DNA of 32,000 nt from Opitutales bacterium (GTDB lineage: Bacteria > Verrucomicrobiota > Verrucomicrobiia > Opitutales > PNEW01), in contig CBDCNV010000002.1 of NCBI GenBank assembly GCA_965219535.1, positions 1,380,001 to 1,412,000 of the forward strand, in the 5' to 3' direction. Below, piece after piece: positions 23,447 through 30,383 of this stretch. The number at the start of each line of letters is the position of its first letter. Position 1 is the first letter of the stretch. The position numbers were made by a program, and so were the translations under genes. Below the pieces are notes generated by a model. It saw only the letters and a program-made list of their open reading frames with translations, was not told the DNA's origin and did not search any database.

Positions 23447-24328
23447 TTAATCTTTAAGCACAAATTTCTGCACGCGCATGCCTACATTGACATCGGTTAT
23501 GTAGACGGCGCCGTCTTTTCCGAGGGCTACGTCATGGCCCCAGTAAAATTGGCCGTCGTGTTTTCCAAAAGAACCCCAGGTTTCACAATCGTTTCCGTTT
23601 AAGTCCTTTTTTACTGCAACATTGCGATCGGGCGGTGCCTCTTTCAGATCCCCTCCATAAATGACGTAAAGAAAACCATCTGCACCCACATCCAATCCCC
23701 AGGGTCTTCCGTTTTCCTTGCTGATCCATTCATCGATGAATTTCCCATCACTTTCGAATATCTGGATGCGGTGATTGGACCGGTCGGCGACATAGACCCT
23801 GTTTTCATTATCGGACGTGATCCCATGGGGTAATTCGAAGTCTCCTTGCTCTTTCCCCAGTTTCCCCCATTCAGTAAGGTACTTCCCGTCCTTATCAAAT
23901 TTGACCACACGGTTATTGCCATAGCCATCCGAGACAAAAAAATCACCATTGGCTAAAACGGCAACGCCCGTCGGACCGTAGAGATGATCGTGATCGTCCC
24001 CACTTACATCCAGCTCCCCTATGGTCATCAATAGCTCCCCATCGTTACTGAATTTGTAAACCTGCTCGTTTTTCGCGTCCGTCACCCAGAGATTATCCTC
24101 CCTATCGACTTCAACATCATGTGGGTTTTTCAGCAATGTGTCCTCCCAGGAGACAATTTGCTCCCCGGTGTCACCATCAAAAGCGCGCACCTTGTTCGCG
24201 CCGCGATGACAAATAAATACCCGGTTGTGAGAGTCGACACTGACACCCGTCACCTGACCGAGTGAATCGTTTTCCGGCAGTTGTGGCCACCCATGCACCA
24301 CTTGGTAGTTATCGTTAGGATTTGGCAT
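23447..24328 (-). CDS. NHL-repeat six-bladed beta-propeller resembling peptidyl-alpha-hydroxyglycine alpha-amidating lyase (PAL); no signal peptide
   Basis: 293-aa ORF. FVSDGYGNNRVVKFDKDGKYLTEWG and VADRSNHRIQIF closely mirror the animal PAL segments ...SDGYCNSRIVQF...WG and VADRENGRIQCF as I recall them. Candidate His ligands lie in ICHRG, NPHDVEVD and LPHGITSD. Confidence 0.75.
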   Translation of the reverse strand: MPNPNDNYQVVHGWPQLPENDSLGQVTGVSVDSHNRVFICHRGANKVRAFDGDTGEQIVSWEDTLLKNPHDVEVDREDNLWVTDAKNEQVYKFSNDGELLMTIGELDVSGDDHDHLYGPTGVAVLANGDFFVSDGYGNNRVVKFDKDGKYLTEWGKLGKEQGDFELPHGITSDNENRVYVADRSNHRIQIFESDGKFIDEWISKENGRPWGLDVGADGFLYVIYGGDLKEAPPDRNVAVKKDLNGNDCETWGSFGKHDGQFYWGHDVALGKDGAVYITDVNVGMRVQKFVLKD

Positions 24329-24378
24329 GATTTGTATATTAGAAGGATGAACTTATGAGAAAGTAAACAGTAATCAGT

Positions 24379-24646
24379 AAGGAAGTATTGGATGGGTGGA
24401 TGATTGGAAGGTTGGAGTATTGAAGAATGAGAGATTAAACAATAGAAGATATTAAATATGAGGGTATCAGGTGTCGGTGGTGAATGAAAAGTGACTTGGG
24501 TTAGTTTAGACAATCCTTAAGATTCATGGGCTTTACTTTTGGACATTTTGAAGTACGCTAGCCTTTGTCCCTGACACCCGACACCTGCCCTGAGCACTGG
24601 CAAAGGGAATTTTTAACCTTGAACATTGAACGGTGAACGGTGAACC
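24379..24646. repeat. Mosaic spacer: ATTGGAAG-type array, inverted pair of GACACC arrays, CCTGCCCTGAGC motif, GTGAACG/TTGAACA array
   Basis: 24379-24433; 24465-24482 (reverse complement) versus 24570-24589; 24615-24646. Confidence 0.8.
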
Positions 24647-24656
24647 TTATTCAAAA

Positions 24657-26000
24657 ATGAGTATCACTGAACTGCACGCCAAAGCTGCCCGCTTGGAGCG
24701 GGAGTTGCAGGAGACGCGTGAGCTTCTTGCGCGGAAGACTCATGACTCGGAGGCGGTCACGGCCGAACTTAGGCGCACGCGGGCTTATGCGTTCGACGCT
24801 GCCGCGCTGCCGCTTGAGGAGGTGGTTGCGGGTTGTGCCGATTCGCTCGAGCGTTACGGGTTCTGCGTCGTCGACCATGTGATACCACCCGATGAGGTGG
24901 ATGCGATACGCGAGGAAGCGGAGGCGGCGCATGCCACCATTGAACGCAATAAACAGGGCATCAAGGATCTGTTTGAAAAAGAGGGGGCGAACGCCGAGGA
25001 TTTACTCAACGGTAAGGCTGCGGCAAACGGCGTGGAGTTAAGGCGGGTGCGCCGCATCGGACACCCCCCGAAAGCTCCGAACGACATTATCTGGATGCCG
25101 CAGTACGCCCAACATTTGGCTAACCCGGTCATCACCGCCCTCGCAAGCCACGTCCTCGATGACCACCTTCGAATCGCGCAGCTACATATGCGTTTCATCG
25201 AGACCGACAAAGCCGACGGCACCCCGGGTGGGTTCAACATCGGTGATTACAAGAACAAGGGCCGTGCCGACACCCGTGAATGGCACACCGACTGGCCCCA
25301 TGACCTTTCAGCTTACGGCAATAAAGACCCCTACCATAATGTAGGCTGCATCCGCCAGCCCTTCCCCGACGTGCCGATGTGCCTGGTTATGATCTGGTAT
25401 TTAACCGACACTGATGAAAACTCGGGTGGAACCTGGGTTGTTCCCGGATCGCATAAGGACGAACGGAACCCACGGGGACCGGCCGACAATATAAATATCG
25501 CCGCCCCCATTCCCGGTGACATTCAAGTGACGGCTCCGGCGGGGTCGGTCTATATTCAGGACTCGCGCAGTTGGCATTCGTCCACGATGCATAATCCGAG
25601 CGGACGGGCGAGGATCGCGATCGTAAACCGCTGGGCCCCCTGGTGGTTGTCCGTCGATGACTTCGCCCCCGGAGATACGTACAATCTCAACACGATATGT
25701 ATGCCACTGACGCACGCAGAGTATCTCGCCCTACCCTCTAACCTTCAACCCTTGATGCGGCATCTCTGCCCCGATGAGCATGACACCTTGCAGCAACCAG
25801 TCCTCGATCGAGCCGCCGCCGCTCGTTTACGCGCGACTGTAGGATTTAAGCAACTGGATGAAGATCCAGAGTCGTTGAAACATGCCAACGCACACATTCG
25901 TGTGCCGTTGGACCTGAAAACCAGAGGACCGGAAAGCCTGAAAGCCGGAGGACCGGAGAGCCTGAAGACTAGAAAGCCGGAGAACCAGAAGGTTAGTTAG
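24657..26000 (+). CDS. PhyH-family Fe(II)/2OG dioxygenase with an N-terminal coiled-coil-like extension and a repeat-encoded C-terminal tail
   Basis: The ORF track starts at a GTG (24633) inside a GTGAACG array. I prefer the ATG at 24657 (MSITELHAKAARLERELQETRELL). REWHTDWPHD (HxD), GGTWVVPGSHKDE, SRSWHSS. The tail DLKTRGPESLKAGGPESLKTRKPENQKVS is a translated repeat module. Confidence 0.8.
   Translation: MSITELHAKAARLERELQETRELLARKTHDSEAVTAELRRTRAYAFDAAALPLEEVVAGCADSLERYGFCVVDHVIPPDEVDAIREEAEAAHATIERNKQGIKDLFEKEGANAEDLLNGKAAANGVELRRVRRIGHPPKAPNDIIWMPQYAQHLANPVITALASHVLDDHLRIAQLHMRFIETDKADGTPGGFNIGDYKNKGRADTREWHTDWPHDLSAYGNKDPYHNVGCIRQPFPDVPMCLVMIWYLTDTDENSGGTWVVPGSHKDERNPRGPADNINIAAPIPGDIQVTAPAGSVYIQDSRSWHSSTMHNPSGRARIAIVNRWAPWWLSVDDFAPGDTYNLNTICMPLTHAEYLALPSNLQPLMRHLCPDEHDTLQQPVLDRAAAARLRATVGFKQLDEDPESLKHANAHIRVPLDLKTRGPESLKAGGPESLKTRKPENQKVS
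25911..25993. repeat. CCGGARAGCCTGAA-type array lying inside the 3' end of CDS 24657..26000
   Basis: GACCTGAAAACCAGAGGACCGGAAAGCCTGAAAGCCGGAGGACCGGAGAGCCTGAAGACTAGAAAGCCGGAGAACCAGAAGG. Same family as 11477-11544. Confidence 0.8.
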
Positions 26001-26024
26001 CAGGATAACTGGTTCCGTTAGCTA

Positions 26025-26087
26025 CATCCTGTATCCTTCATCTTGCAACCTGAACCCTGTACCGAGGGCGTAGCCCGACATCTTCCA
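26025..26087. repeat. (ATCCTGT/ATCCTTC/ATCTTGC) heptamers, a CTGAACC unit and the hairpin motif GTACCGAG-GGC-GTA-GCC-CGACATCTTCCA
   Basis: Stem 26066-26069/26073-26076. Confidence 0.8.
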
Positions 26088-26277
26088 CCCCGAACCCTGC
26101 TGAATTCGGTTGACCTCCGTTGATCTATTACCCAAAATTCCAGTCACGCTCTTCAGGAAGCTATCGGTCCCGCGTAAAGGGCTATGCCCGTCTGAATAAA
26201 ATTTAATGAATCGACAGTGATAAACTCTATTGCTGTCTGTTCGCGGGTCGCAGACGCAATGCAATGGAGATTATACA

Positions 26278-28320
26278 ATGTCGGAATCAGACCCTGCTCT
26301 TCACGATTTAGAGCAACTCAAGAAGCAGGCCAAGTGCCTGCTCAAAGCCGCTCGTTCGGGCGATCCCAAAGCAACCAGTCGCTTCGCAATATACGGTTTC
26401 TCAAACCAGAAAGAAGCTGAATACAAACTCGCCAATGCCCAGCTAATCATCGCTCGCGACAGGGGCTTCGACAGTTGGAGAAAACTACGCAGCTACATTG
26501 AAAAAAGTATCGCCGATGTTTTCTTCGCTGCCCTTGCGGAAGGCAAACTGCGCAAATTCAAGCTGCTCCTCAAAGAGTACCCAGCTCTTAAGGGAGCCCG
26601 CGAAAAGAAAAGTAAGCTGCTCCCTGTCCAGATCGCCTTACAACAGGGAAATCACGAGTTGACCCGCTTCTTATTCGCCCTCGAAGAACCCATGAGTAAA
26701 TCCAAGTATCAATACTTGGAAAACGGACCCATGCACGATATCTGGAGTATGGTGAACGCTGCTTATACGGGAGATCTTCCCACTATTACCTCACTCATAA
26801 AGCGATCGCCTCAATTAGTGAACAGTCACTATGACTATGTGTGCCCTCTTCATTTAGCGGTCATCAACGGGCACGATGACGTCGCGCAATATCTTATCGC
26901 TCAGGGGGCCGACATAAGCAGCGATAACTACTGGTTTAAAGACTCGCTCGTCACCACTACGACGGACCGTCAGTCAACGCACATGCGTGAGATAATTATC
27001 GAAGCGCTAAAAAAACGCTTCCAATACTACGCGCCAGGACCTCATGCGATACTCGATGCGGTAAAAGGGGACGATCAGATCACCGTAGAACGCATACTCA
27101 CAGCTACACCCGACGAGGTTAACGTCTGTGATGAAACAGGTAATACGCCCCTGCACCTCGCGGTCATGAATCTGAACACGGAACTCGTCCAATGCCTCAT
27201 CGAGCATGGGGCCGATCCCAATGCGATTAACAAAGTCGGATTCAAGCCCATCCACTACGCGTTTTACAAAAATAACTTCTGGCTTAAAGAAAACAAAGGC
27301 CTTCCACTTGCTGAGTACTTGCGAGACAACGGAACGGAGTACAACATCCATCTCGCCACTCTCTTCGGCGATCTGAATGGGGTTCAGGCCTTTCTTTCGA
27401 AGGACCCCTCACTCAGTAACTTCCATGACAGCTGCGACAAGCGTCCGCTTTCTTCCGCGGCGGCAGTAGGCAACGCAGCGATGGTGAAAATCCTCCTGGA
27501 AAATGGAGCCGATCCGATGGGACCGGAAAGTAATTCTCCGAACGGTCACGCGCTATGGATTGCCGCATATAAAAATTATCCGGCCATTGTCGAAATGCTA
27601 CTCAATGCCGGGGCCGATCCACACAGTATGGTTCACGCTTGTGGATCAGCTTTTACCGCAGGAAAGGATCATCCGGAAGTATTCGAGATCTTTAAACGTT
27701 TTACCGAGACGCCTATTGATCCGGATCCTGAGGAAGAAAAAGGTCTCGATCCCGTAGTGGGAGCAATACTTGATAATAATCTCGAAAAAGTACGGCAATA
27801 TCTCGATGAAAACCCAGCGCTTGCCACTAATAATGAAGCCTTCTATGGTGAAGGTTATCTCGCAATCGCCGCGAATCGCAATTTTACCGAGATCATTGAC
27901 CTCCTTATTGAACGCGGCGCAACGACACCCGATCAATCCAACTGGGGACCCGAATATAGTTTCAAGCATCTCGACCTCGCTCGGAGATTCCTTGAAAATG
28001 GAGCGAACCCGAATCACTGCAACTGGCTCAAGCGTACTATTCTCCATTTTTTCGCTTACCATGGCGACCTGGATAAAGTGAACCTCCTCCTGGAGTTCGG
28101 CGCAGAGATTGACCCCATCGATATGGAATACCAATCCACACCACTTGGCTTCGCCGCGAGAGGTGGACAAGTCGAAGTCGTTAAACGCCTGCTCGAAGTC
28201 GGTGCTGATCCCAATCTTCCCGAGCACCCACTCTGGGCAAAGCCGCTAGCCTGGGCGAAGGCTAGGAACCACCAGGAGGTAGTGGAGATATTGGAGGGGA
28301 GAGTGAACAGTGAACGGTAA
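26278..28320 (+). CDS. Ankyrin-repeat protein (about 680 aa, many ANK repeats); no signal peptide
   Basis: The ATG at 26278 is preceded by GGAG. Repeated ANK consensus: TPLHLAVMNLNTELVQCLIEHGADPN, RPLSSAAAVGNAAMVKILLENGADP, TPLGFAARGGQVEVVKRLLEVGADPN. Confidence 0.85.
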   Translation: MSESDPALHDLEQLKKQAKCLLKAARSGDPKATSRFAIYGFSNQKEAEYKLANAQLIIARDRGFDSWRKLRSYIEKSIADVFFAALAEGKLRKFKLLLKEYPALKGAREKKSKLLPVQIALQQGNHELTRFLFALEEPMSKSKYQYLENGPMHDIWSMVNAAYTGDLPTITSLIKRSPQLVNSHYDYVCPLHLAVINGHDDVAQYLIAQGADISSDNYWFKDSLVTTTTDRQSTHMREIIIEALKKRFQYYAPGPHAILDAVKGDDQITVERILTATPDEVNVCDETGNTPLHLAVMNLNTELVQCLIEHGADPNAINKVGFKPIHYAFYKNNFWLKENKGLPLAEYLRDNGTEYNIHLATLFGDLNGVQAFLSKDPSLSNFHDSCDKRPLSSAAAVGNAAMVKILLENGADPMGPESNSPNGHALWIAAYKNYPAIVEMLLNAGADPHSMVHACGSAFTAGKDHPEVFEIFKRFTETPIDPDPEEEKGLDPVVGAILDNNLEKVRQYLDENPALATNNEAFYGEGYLAIAANRNFTEIIDLLIERGATTPDQSNWGPEYSFKHLDLARRFLENGANPNHCNWLKRTILHFFAYHGDLDKVNLLLEFGAEIDPIDMEYQSTPLGFAARGGQVEVVKRLLEVGADPNLPEHPLWAKPLAWAKARNHQEVVEILEGRVNSER

Positions 28321-28385
28321 ACAGTGAACAGTGGGGGAAACCGTAGGCAAATTATGAATTAGGAATTAAGAATTATGAATTAGGG
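28303..28385. repeat. (GTGAACA) array containing the stop of the ankyrin gene, then a (GAATTAT/GAATTAG/GAATTAA) array
   Basis: GTGAACAGTGAACGGTAAACAGTGAACAGTGGGGG, then AAATTATGAATTAGGAATTAAGAATTATGAATTAGGG. Confidence 0.85.
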
Positions 28386-28528
28386 TGGAACGTGTTGCCT
28401 GACCGCCATAGCCTTGGCGACGGTTGTTCCCTACCGCGTTAATATTAAGTATTAAAAAAAGAAGCGCGCTAGGGAACAGCCGTCGCTGTGAAATGTTAGG
28501 CTATGGCCGTCAGGCAGCCCGCTCCACC
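28384..28528. repeat. Imperfect palindrome of about 145 bp (arms about 50-60 nt) built from two inverted copies of the CTGACSGCCATAGCC...CGACGGYTGTTCCC motif
   Basis: Left arm GGTGGAACGTGTTGCCTGACCGCCATAGCCTTGGCGACGGTTGTTCCCTA. The right arm in reverse complement is GGTGGAGCGGGCTGCCTGACGGCCATAGCCTAACATTTCACAGCGACGGCTGTTCCCTA. The centre is A/T-rich. Related single copies lie at 21701-21734 and 4658-4689. Confidence 0.8.
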
Positions 28529-28590
28529 TCTCACCTAACGCCAAAAAATTAAAACGCGCGTCAGTGCTTTTTCACTGTTTACTGATCCCC

Positions 28591-28625
28591 CTCGACACCC
28601 GACACTCGACACCTGACACTCGACC
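28591..28625. repeat. (CGACACC/CGACACT/TGACACT) heptamer array, 5 nt upstream of the sulfatase ATG
   Basis: CTCGACACCCGACACTCGACACCTGACACTCGACC. Confidence 0.85.
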
Positions 28626-28630
28626 TGAAA

Positions 28631-30073
28631 ATGACCAAAAAAAACATCATGCTGATTATTTCGGATCAGCAACGCACGGACACAATCAGTTATCTCGGTC
28701 GCACACCTTGCCGCACACCGCATATCGATGCCTTAATTGATCGTGGGGTTATTTTTGAGAAGACGATCACACCCACCCCGGTCTGCACCCCTGCGCGGGC
28801 GTCCATCTTTACCGGACTCTACGCCCATCAAGCCAAGGGAACTTTTGCCAAAGATCATGTCGGTCCTCTCAGCGATGATCAGATGACAGCCGATGCGACG
28901 GACATGCTGCTCTGTGATTACTCCTGCCGGGAAGAACCACTGCTGACGGACGCCCTTAAAGCAGAAGGGTATTACTGTTGCTATGTGGGTAAATGGCACC
29001 TTGGCGACGATATTTTCGATAATTGGTTTGAACATCATCACGGGGAGACAGATCAGCAGTATATTGATTGGTCCAACGAGCAGGGATATCCTGATGCCTG
29101 GTCTTTGAGCGATTTATCGGTTCGCAGTCACCGCAACCCCCCGATGTCCATCCCTGTGGCCAAAGAAAATAAAATTCCTCACGAGAAGAGTAACGACGCG
29201 TGGATCGCTGACCTTTCCATCGAGATGATTGAACAGCGCCCGAAAGATAAACCCTTCATGGCGGTCTGCAGTATGATCGGGCCCCATCCGCCATTCAAGA
29301 TACCGGAACCTTATTTCAGCATGTATGACGATGAGGAGGTTCCCGAACCACCTAACTTTCATCTCACGGAAGGAAAACCAAAATGCAAGGAAGCGAGTTT
29401 CTATCATAAACTTTGGGAAGACCACGGCACCGACTGGTCAGCGTGGAAAAAATCGGTGACGACTTACTGGGGATTTGTCACCCACATCGACGACCAGGTC
29501 GGACGTCTTATCCAATGCCTCAAAGACGAAGGTGTTTATGAGGATACACTTATTATTTTCTGCAGCGACCACGGTGAAATGCTGGGCCAGCATGGTCTGT
29601 GGCATAAAATGCAGGCTTATGAGGAGTCGCTTCGCGTCCCCCTGGTTTTCAGTGCGCCATGGATCAAATGTGATAAACGTTCAACTACGCTTACCTCACT
29701 GATCGATTTAACCCCGACAATTCTCAGCTCGGCGGGCTGTCCGATTCCGGATTCATACGAGGGTGAAGACTTGTCTGCATTATTAAACGGGCAGAGTGAC
29801 CGGACTGCACGCAGCGCACTCTTCAGCGAACACAAACCGGATGGGGATTATCACATGGAGACTGATTGGAGAATGGTGACGGATAATAAGTTTAAATATA
29901 TCTGGAATCGCGGTGAGTGCGAAGAGCTATACGATCTGGAATCAGACCCCTGGGAAAAGGTTAACCTCGCTAACAACAATCAGGATAATGAACGTCTGGC
30001 TTTCTATCGATCCCAACTCATTGAGTGGATGGAGAAAACGGAAGATCCGATGCGGACCCAATTAGGAATTTAG
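28631..30073 (+). CDS. Sulfatase (S1 family, Cys-type formylglycine motif); no signal peptide
   Basis: 480-aa ORF with NIMLIISDQQRTD, CTPARASIFTG (CxPxR), GKWHLG, CSDHGEMLGQHGLWHK and a C-terminal LYDLESDPWE motif. Confidence 0.9.
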   Translation: MTKKNIMLIISDQQRTDTISYLGRTPCRTPHIDALIDRGVIFEKTITPTPVCTPARASIFTGLYAHQAKGTFAKDHVGPLSDDQMTADATDMLLCDYSCREEPLLTDALKAEGYYCCYVGKWHLGDDIFDNWFEHHHGETDQQYIDWSNEQGYPDAWSLSDLSVRSHRNPPMSIPVAKENKIPHEKSNDAWIADLSIEMIEQRPKDKPFMAVCSMIGPHPPFKIPEPYFSMYDDEEVPEPPNFHLTEGKPKCKEASFYHKLWEDHGTDWSAWKKSVTTYWGFVTHIDDQVGRLIQCLKDEGVYEDTLIIFCSDHGEMLGQHGLWHKMQAYEESLRVPLVFSAPWIKCDKRSTTLTSLIDLTPTILSSAGCPIPDSYEGEDLSALLNGQSDRTARSALFSEHKPDGDYHMETDWRMVTDNKFKYIWNRGECEELYDLESDPWEKVNLANNNQDNERLAFYRSQLIEWMEKTEDPMRTQLGI

Positions 30074-30093
30074 ATTTATGATGCTGTAAAGGT

Positions 30094-30149
30094 GCTGCCC
30101 GCCCTGAGCTCGATGATATCCCTGAGCTCGTCGAAGGGTCGAAGGTAAG
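30094..30149. repeat. CCCTGAGC...GTCGAAGGG motif with an internal duplication
   Basis: GCTGCCCGCCCTGAGCTCGATGATATCCCTGAGCTCGTCGAAGGGTCGAAGGTAAGC. Same family as 16271-16303, 16400-16432, 6879-6910 (reverse complement) and 24585-24608. Confidence 0.75.
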
Positions 30150-30173
30150 CAAGCCATTCATGTATCTTTCTTT

Positions 30174-30333
30174 CTGATATCCGACGTTTGATATTTGATG
30201 TTTGATGTTTGAAGTGCTTTAATTACATCGCATATCAAATATCGGATATCGTACCGAGGACGAAGTCCGACGTCTTCCAAATCGTATATCTTTCCCACCG
30301 AACCGTTGAACCGTGAACTGTGAACGGTGAACC
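30174..30333. repeat. Inverted pair of (TTGATRT) arrays, the hairpin motif GTACCGAG-GAC-GAA-GTC-CGACGTCTTCCA, and a GTGAACG array
   Basis: 30174-30214 versus 30231-30251 (reverse complement). Stem 30258-30261/30265-30268. Array 30300-30333. Confidence 0.8.
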
Positions 30334-30383
30334 CTCAAATTTCGATTGCAGAAAAGGGAAGTGTTATCAATCTGGAAAACACG

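Noticed and set aside
24483-24570. Searched the non-repetitive cores of the spacers (for example 24483-24570, 26100-26277, 3611-3746, 19498-19600) for tRNA, riboswitch or other known ncRNA signatures
   Set aside because: I recognised no T-loop (GTTCRANYC), no cloverleaf-compatible pairing and no familiar riboswitch core. Absence by eye is weak evidence. tRNAscan-SE and Infernal/Rfam would be decisive.
24657-26000. Apparent higher G+C of 24657..26000 (and of 18211..20503) compared with neighbours such as 23447..24328, which could suggest horizontal acquisition
   Set aside because: This is an impression by eye only. I cannot compute windowed GC or codon usage here, so I make no claim. A sliding-window GC and codon-adaptation calculation would settle it.
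26025-26087. Possible conserved micropeptide on the minus strand of the hairpin motif (MSGYALGTGFRLQDEGYRM*, MSGFALGSGLRIWD..., MSSYALGTGFPS...)
   Set aside because: Similarity is limited to the roughly 25 nt of the nucleotide motif. One copy has ACG instead of ATG. The downstream residues come from different heptamer modules and have no common length or stop. Conservation of pairing in the stem explains the pattern better than coding.
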